Origin: Nitrososphaeraceae archaeon
GTDB lineage: Archaea > Thermoproteota > Nitrososphaeria > Nitrososphaerales > Nitrososphaeraceae
Assembly: GCA_035250975.1 (NCBI GenBank)
Contig: DATFEP010000074.1
Span: 1 to 30,625 of the forward strand
Direction: 5' to 3'
DNA: 30,625 nt
In this document: positions 1 through 8,864 of the stretch, in pieces
How positions within the stretch are numbered: position 1 is the stretch's first letter
How the letters are laid out: each line of letters begins with the position of its first letter
The notes under the pieces: generated by a model
Databases searched by the model: none
Told to the model about the DNA's origin: nothing
Seen by the model: the letters and a program-made list of their open reading frames with translations, nothing else
Program-made: the position numbers and the translations under genes

Positions 1-2
1 AT

Positions 3-140
3 TCCTACAACGTTCTTCCAGGTATTGATGGCGTTATACCTGTTGATGTCTATGTACCAGGTTGTCCTCCAAGACCTGAAACACTGATTCAAGGTTGCAT
101 GTTATTGCAGGAAAAAATCAAAAGGTCGAAGATAAGATAA
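3..140 (+). CDS. nuoB: NADH:quinone oxidoreductase-like subunit B, 3' part (truncated by window start)
   Basis: Frame from nt 3 reads [45 protein letters not shown], containing the [11 protein letters not shown] motif; the stop abuts the nuoC ATG. Confidence 0.95.
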   Translation, partial: SYNVLPGIDGVIPVDVYVPGCPPRPETLIQGCMLLQEKIKRSKIR

Positions 141-710
141 ATGATCTCAACCAACCTCAATGATTCAGCTAAATACGATAAAAACTCTGACAATTTATCT
201 CTTGAGTCAAACGATAATGATATTCCATTCATTGATCCAAATTCAAAAACAGAAAATTCTTTATATTTGCAAATTAATTCGAAATTTCAAAATAAGATTC
301 AATTAGTCTATTTAAAACCAAGAAGAATGAAAATATATGTTGAACCACAGAATATTCTTGAAATTGCAAATTTCTTAAAGACTAATATTGGTTTTGATCA
401 CGCTGAATCTGTTTCTGGAACAGATTATCCCGAAGATAATTCAATTGAAGTGGTATATCACTTAAATTCATACTCGAGGGAAGAAATTTCTGCAATTATT
501 CTTGCCGTTTCAACAAAAACAGATCGAGATGAAGCGCGATTACCATCTTTATTGCCTATTTTCAAGAGCGTAGAATATCATGAAAGAGAAACATTTGAGA
601 TGCTTGGTGTCTACTTTGAAGGACATCCAAGAAATGAGAGGTTCTTATTACCAGAAGACTGGGCGGACATACCCCCTTTGAGGAAGGATTTCCGCATAAA
701 GGGCAGGTAG
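141..710 (+). CDS. nuoC: Complex I subunit C
   Basis: GTDYP...EVVYHL and ERETFEMLGVYFEGHP...LLPEDW...PLRKDF motifs; operon position. Confidence 0.95.
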   Translation: MISTNLNDSAKYDKNSDNLSLESNDNDIPFIDPNSKTENSLYLQINSKFQNKIQLVYLKPRRMKIYVEPQNILEIANFLKTNIGFDHAESVSGTDYPEDNSIEVVYHLNSYSREEISAIILAVSTKTDRDEARLPSLLPIFKSVEYHERETFEMLGVYFEGHPRNERFLLPEDWADIPPLRKDFRIKGR

Positions 711-722
711 ATGATCTGAAAG

Positions 723-1898
723 ATGACTACAAAGTTCGACAGTGAATTTGAAAAGAAAATAGAAGAGACCACCAAGTTGGGCTTATCTATAGCAAAAGAA
801 TCAACTGAAGACAGATTAATGACTTTAAGTGTAGGTCCGCAACATCCAGGTTCTGGACATTTCAGATTTACTATAAAGGTAGATGGTGATTATATTGTGT
901 ACTGTGATCCTGATCCAGGGTATGTTCATCGGGGTGAAGAAAAAATGTGTGAGTACAGAAACTTTATACAAAATATACCTCATCTTGAAAGGCCGGTAAT
1001 CCATGATTCTACAAATATTACCTATTCTTATAGTCTTGCTGTTGAAGAGTTGCTAGGAATAGAAGTCCCAAGAAGAGGTCAGTTTATTAGAGCTATTGCT
1101 TCTGAACTAAATCGTCAGGTTTACACTCTATATTGGCTTGCAATATACGGAATATTTTTAGGTCATTCTACAATGTTTATGTGGCCGTCTGGAGACAGAG
1201 AATTATTCATTGATTTATTAACAGCTCTTACAGGTGCTAGGGTTACCCATGCATACAATATCCCAGGAGGTGTAAGAAATGATGCTCCAGAAGGTTTCAA
1301 GGAAAAATGCCTGCAATATGTCAATTATTTTGAGAAAAGACTTAGAGAATATGAAGATATTTTTTATAATAATCCTCTTTTTAGACAAAGAACTGAAAAT
1401 GTGGGAATTTTGACAAAAGAGGATGCAATAAATCTTGGAGTAACTGGTTCAGTATTAAGAGCATCTGGAGTGCCTTACGACGTAAGAAAAGTTGAACCTT
1501 ATGATATCTATAACGAGATCGATTTCAAGGTTCAGTATATGAAAACTTGTGATTCCTTTGCAAGAGCATATGTACCATTTCTGGATATGAGAGAATCCTG
1601 TCACATCATTAGACAACTGCTAGATAAAATGCCAGAGTCAGGAGAAGTTAGACTAAAACTTCAATCGAATCCAAAAGGGTCACCGGGCGAATCTTACAAG
1701 AGAGTAGAGTCAGGTCGGGGTGCTCTTGGCTATTATATCATAAGTGATGGTTCCCCAAGACCATATAGAGTAAAAATATCTGTTGGATCGTTTAGGAATA
1801 TACTAGCGCTACCTCATCTATTAATTGGATCAAAGTTAGGTGATATGCCCTGTATATATTGGGCATTAAATTATTGGCCTGTGGAGGCAGATAGGTAG
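723..1898 (+). CDS. nuoD: Complex I subunit D
   Basis: GPQHP, GYVHRGEEK, GVTGSVLRASG, VESGRG, PYRVK motifs and C-terminal EADR. Confidence 0.96.
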   Translation: MTTKFDSEFEKKIEETTKLGLSIAKESTEDRLMTLSVGPQHPGSGHFRFTIKVDGDYIVYCDPDPGYVHRGEEKMCEYRNFIQNIPHLERPVIHDSTNITYSYSLAVEELLGIEVPRRGQFIRAIASELNRQVYTLYWLAIYGIFLGHSTMFMWPSGDRELFIDLLTALTGARVTHAYNIPGGVRNDAPEGFKEKCLQYVNYFEKRLREYEDIFYNNPLFRQRTENVGILTKEDAINLGVTGSVLRASGVPYDVRKVEPYDIYNEIDFKVQYMKTCDSFARAYVPFLDMRESCHIIRQLLDKMPESGEVRLKLQSNPKGSPGESYKRVESGRGALGYYIISDGSPRPYRVKISVGSFRNILALPHLLIGSKLGDMPCIYWALNYWPVEADR

Positions 1899-1901
1899 AA
1901 G

Positions 1902-3161
1902 ATGGCGACAGCACCAAAAGAGTTTAGATTTGGAAATTTTGTCGCTTCCATCATATGGCTTGTTTTCTGGATACTGGTCATCCTAACTTTAGTTGTTTTA
2001 CCAGTAATTTTCATAGTACTCTTTTATCTTCCTCTTCCTTATGCAGGAGATGAGGTTCTTACTCCATATCTCTTCTTTTCTATGATGGTCGACCCTACAC
2101 GAACTATTCCGATTATTAATTTCATTATTCACACCGATATATTTAGAGCTGCGATATTTCCGGGGTTTGCATATGGTACAATAATTGCAGCTGCTACTAT
2201 ATTTATTGAAAGAAAATTCTTGGCAAAGATGCAATTAAGGGTAGGTCCATTATATGCTGGAAGATTTGAAGGGATTTTACAATTGGTAGCAGACGGTTTT
2301 AAATTAATTTCAAAAGAAATCATAATACCTTCTGGTGCTGATAAGCCGATATTTTGGGCAACTCCAGTAATTTTTGTTGCAACGGCTGCAGCTACTACTG
2401 CACTAATACCTGTAGCCCCTGGATGGGTAGCATCGGATCTTGATGTTGGAATTTTAGCTGTTTTTGCGATATTGGGATTTTTCCCGCTTTTAGCTTTATT
2501 ATTTTCATGGTCCAGCAATAGCAAGTATCCCTTCATCGGTGGTTTGCGTGCTCTTCATCAAATGATTGCATTTGAAATTCCCTTCATTCTTTCAGCGCTT
2601 CCAATTGTTTTATTGGCGGGCTCATTGAACCTAACTGACATGGTAGAATCACAATACGTTTTTTGGTTCTTTGCTGTTGCTCCTCTGAGTGCCTTTGTTT
2701 TTTATATTTCTTCATTGGCGGAACTAGAAAGGGTACCATTTGATCTTCCAGAAGCCGAAAGTGAGATTGTGGCGGGTTGGTTAACAGAAACATCTGGTAT
2801 GATTTATGGACTGATACAGCTAGGAACCTACCTCAAATTATATGTTCTTGCCGCTCTTTTTGTTGTTCTTTTCTTAGGTGGATGGACTGGTCCACAAATT
2901 TTTCCAGAAGAACTAATTCCAAATTACACAGGAGAAAAGATTTACAATGCCACTGTTGCCAACGGAATTTTCTGGTTTACAATAAAGACCTTTGGAATGA
3001 TAATGTTGATATTGCTTCCAAGAGGAATTAATCCAAGAATAAGAATCGACATTCTCCTTCATACAGGTTGGTATAAATTAATAGTTCTTTCTTTCATTAA
3101 CATATTCATTGTATTAACCCTAATATATGGTGGGATAATAACTCCAGGAGGATTACAATAG
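1902..3161 (+). CDS. nuoH: Complex I subunit H (ND1), with N-terminal hydrophobic extension
   Basis: ERKFLAKMQLRVGP, GILQLVADGFKLISKE, RVPFDLPEAESEIVAG and PRIRID motifs. Confidence 0.96.
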   Translation: MATAPKEFRFGNFVASIIWLVFWILVILTLVVLPVIFIVLFYLPLPYAGDEVLTPYLFFSMMVDPTRTIPIINFIIHTDIFRAAIFPGFAYGTIIAAATIFIERKFLAKMQLRVGPLYAGRFEGILQLVADGFKLISKEIIIPSGADKPIFWATPVIFVATAAATTALIPVAPGWVASDLDVGILAVFAILGFFPLLALLFSWSSNSKYPFIGGLRALHQMIAFEIPFILSALPIVLLAGSLNLTDMVESQYVFWFFAVAPLSAFVFYISSLAELERVPFDLPEAESEIVAGWLTETSGMIYGLIQLGTYLKLYVLAALFVVLFLGGWTGPQIFPEELIPNYTGEKIYNATVANGIFWFTIKTFGMIMLILLPRGINPRIRIDILLHTGWYKLIVLSFINIFIVLTLIYGGIITPGGLQ

Positions 3162-3164
3162 CCT

Positions 3165-3707
3165 ATGACAGCACCCTCATCTCCATCCCCATCTTCGGTT
3201 ATTAAAAAGACCTCTACTGCCTCAGGATTCATTAAGGCAATTGAATCTGGCTCAAAGCATTTGCTTCTCAAAAGATTTACATTAAGATTTCCTGAACAAA
3301 AATTGAAACTTGTTGGTGACGGTTATCAATTTGATCCAAAAAAAGGCGTTGGTATTGCAGGGGCACGTGGTAGGCACATACTCTTTCATGAAAAATGCAC
3401 GGGATGTCAATTATGTGCAATTACTTGCGAAGGTATAGCCGAGGCGATAGCAATGGTCAAAGTAAACGAAAAATGGAAACAAAATAAAAAAGCAATAATG
3501 CCACAAATAGATTATGGTAAGTGTGTATTTTGTGGATTATGTGTAGATGCATGTCCATTCTATGCGTTATTCATGACCGATGATTTTGAATTGGCTTCGT
3601 TTACCAAAGAAAATCTTATTTATACACCAGCTCAACTTGCAGTCAAACCAAAGTACGATGGCACAGTTGAAGTAAAGATTGATGAAAGAGGAGCTTGGCA
3701 TGGTTGA
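3165..3707 (+). CDS. nuoI: Complex I subunit I (2x[4Fe-4S])
   Basis: CTGCQLCAITC and CVFCGLCVDACP ferredoxin motifs. Confidence 0.95.
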   Translation: MTAPSSPSPSSVIKKTSTASGFIKAIESGSKHLLLKRFTLRFPEQKLKLVGDGYQFDPKKGVGIAGARGRHILFHEKCTGCQLCAITCEGIAEAIAMVKVNEKWKQNKKAIMPQIDYGKCVFCGLCVDACPFYALFMTDDFELASFTKENLIYTPAQLAVKPKYDGTVEVKIDERGAWHG

Positions 3708-4371
3708 TTCTATATTTATTGGATTGTCAGTGTTGACCATAGGTTCTGCATTATTTGCCTTAGAAAGCAGAGAGATAGTTTATGGTGCAATTTCATTAGC
3801 AATAAGTATGCTTGGTATAGCAGGTTTCTTCATATTATTGGATTCTCCTTTTGTTGCAATGTTCCAGATAGCCGTATACGTTGGAGCCGTCGCTGTGCTG
3901 GTAATATTTATAGTAATGTTAGTAAGAACACAAGCATTATTTTCTAGTAAGGAAGATCGAGGAAGACAAATTGCAGGATTGATATTTTCAGTTTTAATGA
4001 TGATCGGAATAGGAATAGTTTTGTTAAGCTCAGAATTTTCGAAAGTTGAATCTAATCCTCTAGTAGATGAAATGGTTAACAAAATCGGAAATGAAATGCT
4101 AACTTATTATTCTCCCGCTTTTATTTTACTTGCACTAACGCTAGCTGGCTCAATTATTGGAGCATTATCTCTTGCAAGACGTGAAGATCAAAATAGTGAT
4201 ACTGATAATGACTTTGCAGCAGATGAGTCAATGAAATTTTCAGATAGCGCAGAAGGTTATGGAAAGGGCAGTATAAATGAAAATTCCTACGTAGCACAAG
4301 ATGATTTTCTTGGGCAAAAATCTCAAAAAAAAAGTGTTTTTACTAGATTGGGACGGTTTAAGATAAAATGA
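3700..4371 (+). CDS. nuoJ: Complex I subunit J, with hydrophilic C-terminal tail
   Basis: QIAVYVGAVAVL motif and about 5 TM segments. Start moved to ATG 3700, which follows GAGGAG and overlaps the nuoI stop (ATGGTTGA). Confidence 0.92.
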   Translation: MVDSIFIGLSVLTIGSALFALESREIVYGAISLAISMLGIAGFFILLDSPFVAMFQIAVYVGAVAVLVIFIVMLVRTQALFSSKEDRGRQIAGLIFSVLMMIGIGIVLLSSEFSKVESNPLVDEMVNKIGNEMLTYYSPAFILLALTLAGSIIGALSLARREDQNSDTDNDFAADESMKFSDSAEGYGKGSINENSYVAQDDFLGQKSQKKSVFTRLGRFKIK

Positions 4372-4670
4372 CCGAGCTAATCAATTTCCTTACAATTTCT
4401 ACAATCCTTGTTGGAATAGGCGTATACGGGTTAATAGTCAAACGTAATGCTATTAGAATGATCTTTGCAATAGAAATAATCGCTAATGCTGCAAATCTTA
4501 ATCTTATAGCATTTTCGCGCTATCTTGGGGACGTTCAAGGTCAGGTATTAACGTTGTTTGCGATTGCTATTGCTGCTGCAGAAGTTGCGGTTGGGCTTGC
4601 TATTGTAATAATCGCTTATAGACTGTACAAAGAGATAGATGTTGCAGAATACCGGAGTCTGCGGGGTTAG
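4368..4670 (+). CDS. nuoK: Complex I subunit K
   Basis: 100 aa, 3 TM segments, AIEII and AAAEVAVGLA motifs; ATGA overlap with nuoJ. Confidence 0.96.
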   Translation: MTELINFLTISTILVGIGVYGLIVKRNAIRMIFAIEIIANAANLNLIAFSRYLGDVQGQVLTLFAIAIAAAEVAVGLAIVIIAYRLYKEIDVAEYRSLRG

Positions 4671-4735
4671 TTGTATGTTTTCATCCAATTATCAACAACG
4701 CCTAGCAAGAGGCCAAGAAAAGGAGAGTATGTTAA

Positions 4736-6556
4736 ATGGCGTATGAATCATCAGGTATTCTTATGGCCGCAGTTTTTTTACCTCTATTGTTATCACCAGT
4801 GGCTTATTTTATAGGAAAAAGAAAAGGTGTAGATTCCGTAACTTGGTTTTCCTTTACTGTTTTATTGATTTCAGCAATTTTATTGATTATTCCAGGTATA
4901 AAACTATCTAGTGAAAATCCTGTATATCAGGAATCGTATGTATGGAGTCAATTTGGTAATTTTGGTCTAAAACTAGATGGTTTTAGTTCTCCATTCGCTG
5001 TGACGATCTATGTTCTTTCTACTATCCTTGTTATTTTTTCAAAACCATACATGATACGAAAGATAGCGGGACAGTTTGATAATTTGCGTCCTGGTAAAGA
5101 GAGTGATACAAATGATCAAGATTTCAATATTGGTGGCTATGACAACATAAATACTAATGGTAATGAAGAAAACGGATACGAATCATCTGCAGATAAAGGT
5201 ATGATGAAACATCAGAATCAAATTTCTAAAAGTTCATTCAGCACTGAACCATATTTAAGTCAAACAATCAATACACAGATGGGATTGTATTTTGCATTAT
5301 TTCTTACATTTTCTATGGGTATGGTGGGAACAGTTCTCTCTACCAATCTGATAGAATTTTACGTGTTTTTTGAATTAATGTTAGTCCCTGCGTTCCTTTT
5401 AATAGCATTATTTGGTTATGAGACAAGAAAAAGAGTTTCATTGATGTTCTTTTTCTGGACACATGTTGGTGCAGTACTTTTGCTTTTGGGCTTATTGGCA
5501 ATGGGCCTTTTTGCAGGTGGATTTGACTTTGATACGATTAAAGCAAATTCGTCAAAAATCCCTTCTGAATGGATGAGTTTAATTATTTTTGCAGTTGTGG
5601 TAGGAATAGCTGTGAAATTAGGCGCTTTTGGATTACATATATGGATCCCACATACTTATGCTGAATCTCCGACACCTATATCTGCTCTAATCGCTGGACC
5701 TATGAGCGGCATAGGTGTTTATGCATTATTGAGAATTTGGATAGATTTGTTATCCGTGTCTTATTCAGATTATAGTATTTACGTAAACTTGTGGGGAGTA
5801 GTAACAATGATCTTTGGTGGCGCCATGGCATTGATGCAGAACGACATAAAGAAACTTTTAGCTTATTCAAGTATTAGTCATATTGGATACATTATTTTTG
5901 GGTTTGGTAGCGCAAGCATTCTTGGTGTAACTGGGAGTACCATGATGTGGGTTTCTCATGCGCTTGGCGAGACAATATTGTTCATGATGGCTGGTGTCAT
6001 AATAATGAGAACAGGCACAAGAAATATGTCTAATCTAGGTGGAATTGCAGGCAAAATGCCTTACACTGCAACATTGGCAATGATTGGTGTTTTAACAATG
6101 ATAGGAGTACCACCTACAGGAGGATTTATGTCTGAATGGATATTGTTTAACGGTGCTTTACAAACTGGGGCGGAAAATATGGATTCCTTCAGGGTAGTAT
6201 TGTTTTCACTTGCTATTTTATGTACTGTACTTACGGCATCTTATCTTCTGAGGATGTTTAAGTATATATTTTTGGGACCCATGTCTCCAGAATATAATAA
6301 ATTACGTGATTCAAATAGACATGTAATAACTACTATGGTAGTTATAGCAGCTCTTTCATTGCTAATGGGTGTCTATCCAGATCCGTTAGTTAATCCAGTT
6401 ATTGGATATGCAGAAACAATTTTCTCAGATTCTCCAGATGTTGTTTCTCTACCAATAACTGATACCACAAAAAATATGGAAATATCAAATTACGAAGGTG
6501 ATGATGGTTTGATGTTAGCAAAAACCAACAAGGCCATTAATGGAATGCCCAATTAA
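4736..6556 (+). CDS. nuoM: Complex I antiporter-like subunit M
   Basis: FYVFFELMLVP, VKLGAFGLHIWIP, DIKKLLAYSSISH and GVPPTGGFMSE motifs. Confidence 0.93.
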   Translation: MAYESSGILMAAVFLPLLLSPVAYFIGKRKGVDSVTWFSFTVLLISAILLIIPGIKLSSENPVYQESYVWSQFGNFGLKLDGFSSPFAVTIYVLSTILVIFSKPYMIRKIAGQFDNLRPGKESDTNDQDFNIGGYDNINTNGNEENGYESSADKGMMKHQNQISKSSFSTEPYLSQTINTQMGLYFALFLTFSMGMVGTVLSTNLIEFYVFFELMLVPAFLLIALFGYETRKRVSLMFFFWTHVGAVLLLLGLLAMGLFAGGFDFDTIKANSSKIPSEWMSLIIFAVVVGIAVKLGAFGLHIWIPHTYAESPTPISALIAGPMSGIGVYALLRIWIDLLSVSYSDYSIYVNLWGVVTMIFGGAMALMQNDIKKLLAYSSISHIGYIIFGFGSASILGVTGSTMMWVSHALGETILFMMAGVIIMRTGTRNMSNLGGIAGKMPYTATLAMIGVLTMIGVPPTGGFMSEWILFNGALQTGAENMDSFRVVLFSLAILCTVLTASYLLRMFKYIFLGPMSPEYNKLRDSNRHVITTMVVIAALSLLMGVYPDPLVNPVIGYAETIFSDSPDVVSLPITDTTKNMEISNYEGDDGLMLAKTNKAINGMPN

Positions 6557-6671
6557 TGGCAATGCAATCTATTGTTGGATTCGTATGGACAAAGAGAAAA
6601 AAGCAAGAAATCCTCTGATAATTTCCAAAAAAGGAGAACAAAAAAAGTACAAAAGGTGAAAAAGAAAAAGA

Positions 6672-8828
6672 ATGGTTGAATCAATTGGATTTGAAGGAAT
6701 AGCGATAAACGCTTGGCTAGTGTGGATTATACCATTTGTAGGCGCCGCATTAATTCCAGCGATTGCTAAGAAATCAAATCATAAAATAACAAATTATTCT
6801 GCTGTTGGTTTTGCATTAATTAGTGCTCTTTTTGCGGCTACCTTGATTCCGATGGTTCAATCGGGAGAAACTCATAGTCAGATCTCTTGGATATCTGCTT
6901 TGAATATCAAAGCAGGTGTACTAGCAGATCCACTCTCAATAATAATGACAAACCTAGTAGCGTGGGTATCATTCTTGATTATTGTCTACTCTGTAGGATA
7001 CATGCATGGAGATAAAGATATCACGCGTTACTGGTTCTGGATGCTTTTCTTTATCGGGTCTATGCAGCTAATAGTTCTTTCAGATAATCTATTGATGGTC
7101 TTCTTTGGATGGGAAGGTGTTGGTCTTGCATCTTATGCGTTAATTGGATTTTGGTATTCAGACAAAAAGAAATATTATGTTGGGAAGGAAGGTCACTTTG
7201 TAAAAGGAATTGCCATGTGGGCTTCTCCCACTCATGCCGGAATTAAGGCATTTTTGATGACTAGGGCAGGAGATGTCATGATGCTTTCTGGAATGTTTTT
7301 GATATTCACGTATGCCGGAACTTTTGGTTTCAAAGAGTTATTAGCAGATCAGACATGGGCTCATACAATGATGCAACAAAATCTTCTTGTTCCTGCAGCA
7401 GTTTTACTGTTTGGTGGCGCAATAGGAAAATCAGCACAATTTCCATTTAATGAATGGCTTTTAGAAGCTATGACAGGCCCATCAGCAGTGTCAGCGCTCA
7501 TCCATGCTGCAACAATGGTAAAAGCAGGAGTATTTTTAGTTGCCAGGATAGGTCCTCTCTTCTTTGCACTTGCCGCTTTTAATGCTGCGCAATTTTTTGA
7601 AGTAGTTGCATGGGTGGGAGCGATTACTGCATTCCTCCTTGCTACACAAGCAATCGTAAATCCGGAAATCAAAAAAGTATTAGCATATTCCACAGGTTCT
7701 CAGATAGGTTATATGATGATGGCTCTTGGAATTGCAGGACTTTCGACACACTTTGTGGAAGGTTACACTGCAGGATTTTTTCATCTCATGAGTCATGCAA
7801 TGTTTAAAGCATCTCTTTTCATGGCTGCGGGTGCGATATTACATGTTGTTGGCTCTCGATTTATGACAGATATGGGAGGTTTGAAAAAGAATATGAACAA
7901 GACATTCATTTTTATGCTGTTATCAAGTTTGTCACTGGCAGGTGCTCCATTAATAACTTCTGGGTTCTGGAGTAAGGATGCAATATTTGCTGCTTTAATA
8001 GAATCAGGTTCATCGTCTGGAACTGCATTATTCTTTATTGCATTTGTTATTGCAATAATGACCGCTTTTTACACGTTTAGAATGATTGGGATGGTGTTCT
8101 TTGGTAAAAAGAGCAAGTATATTCAAGAATTGGAACAACAACATGGAGGAACTATCAACGTAGTAAATTCCTCATCCGATAAGAAGCATATTGATAATCA
8201 TGATAATGCAGAAGGTGAGAAAAATGAAAAGAAAAACACTTCACATGAGAAAGGACCTAAACATCTTCATGATGTTAGTCCGTTAATGTGGGTACCATTT
8301 GCTGTTTTGGCTGTGGCAACGATAAGTATCGGAGCTGTAGGCTTTTTATTTGAGGATCAGCTCCTTCATATCTTTGGAAATTACCTTCAAGCGTCGTTTG
8401 GAATAGGCACAAATAACAATGTCGAAGAGCCTATCTCTTCAAATATAAACATTATTGCAATAATTGCTTCAGTATTTGCATTTGGAATAGGAGCTGGCTT
8501 GGGAACAATATTTTATATAACTAGGACAAAAGATCCCGCAGTTATATCTCATTCAGGTCTTACTCAGTCTATATGGAGGTTCCTGTATGACAGGTGGTAT
8601 CTTAATTCTCTACTATATTGGGCATTTGTAAAAATACCATTAAAATTTTACAGTATAATATGGAAATATCTTGAAAGCAAGATTGCTCAAGGACTTAATC
8701 CATCAATACAATTTTCAATGACTTTTCTCTCTAAATGGGTAAAGTTTACACAAACAGGAGTTACTCAGACCTATCTTTTTGTATTTGCCGCAGGTATCAT
8801 CATTGTTTTGATGATGTTATTATTATAG
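6672..8828 (+). CDS. nuoL: Complex I antiporter-like subunit L
   Basis: FFGWEGVGLASYALIGFW, GKSAQFP, EAMTGPSAVSALIHAATMVKAG and HAMFKA motifs; His-rich loop; C-terminal QTG...TM. Confidence 0.96.
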   Translation: MVESIGFEGIAINAWLVWIIPFVGAALIPAIAKKSNHKITNYSAVGFALISALFAATLIPMVQSGETHSQISWISALNIKAGVLADPLSIIMTNLVAWVSFLIIVYSVGYMHGDKDITRYWFWMLFFIGSMQLIVLSDNLLMVFFGWEGVGLASYALIGFWYSDKKKYYVGKEGHFVKGIAMWASPTHAGIKAFLMTRAGDVMMLSGMFLIFTYAGTFGFKELLADQTWAHTMMQQNLLVPAAVLLFGGAIGKSAQFPFNEWLLEAMTGPSAVSALIHAATMVKAGVFLVARIGPLFFALAAFNAAQFFEVVAWVGAITAFLLATQAIVNPEIKKVLAYSTGSQIGYMMMALGIAGLSTHFVEGYTAGFFHLMSHAMFKASLFMAAGAILHVVGSRFMTDMGGLKKNMNKTFIFMLLSSLSLAGAPLITSGFWSKDAIFAALIESGSSSGTALFFIAFVIAIMTAFYTFRMIGMVFFGKKSKYIQELEQQHGGTINVVNSSSDKKHIDNHDNAEGEKNEKKNTSHEKGPKHLHDVSPLMWVPFAVLAVATISIGAVGFLFEDQLLHIFGNYLQASFGIGTNNNVEEPISSNINIIAIIASVFAFGIGAGLGTIFYITRTKDPAVISHSGLTQSIWRFLYDRWYLNSLLYWAFVKIPLKFYSIIWKYLESKIAQGLNPSIQFSMTFLSKWVKFTQTGVTQTYLFVFAAGIIIVLMMLLL

Positions 8829-8864
8829 GAGAAAATGAAAGATGGGAGGATATGAGAAATAGAA

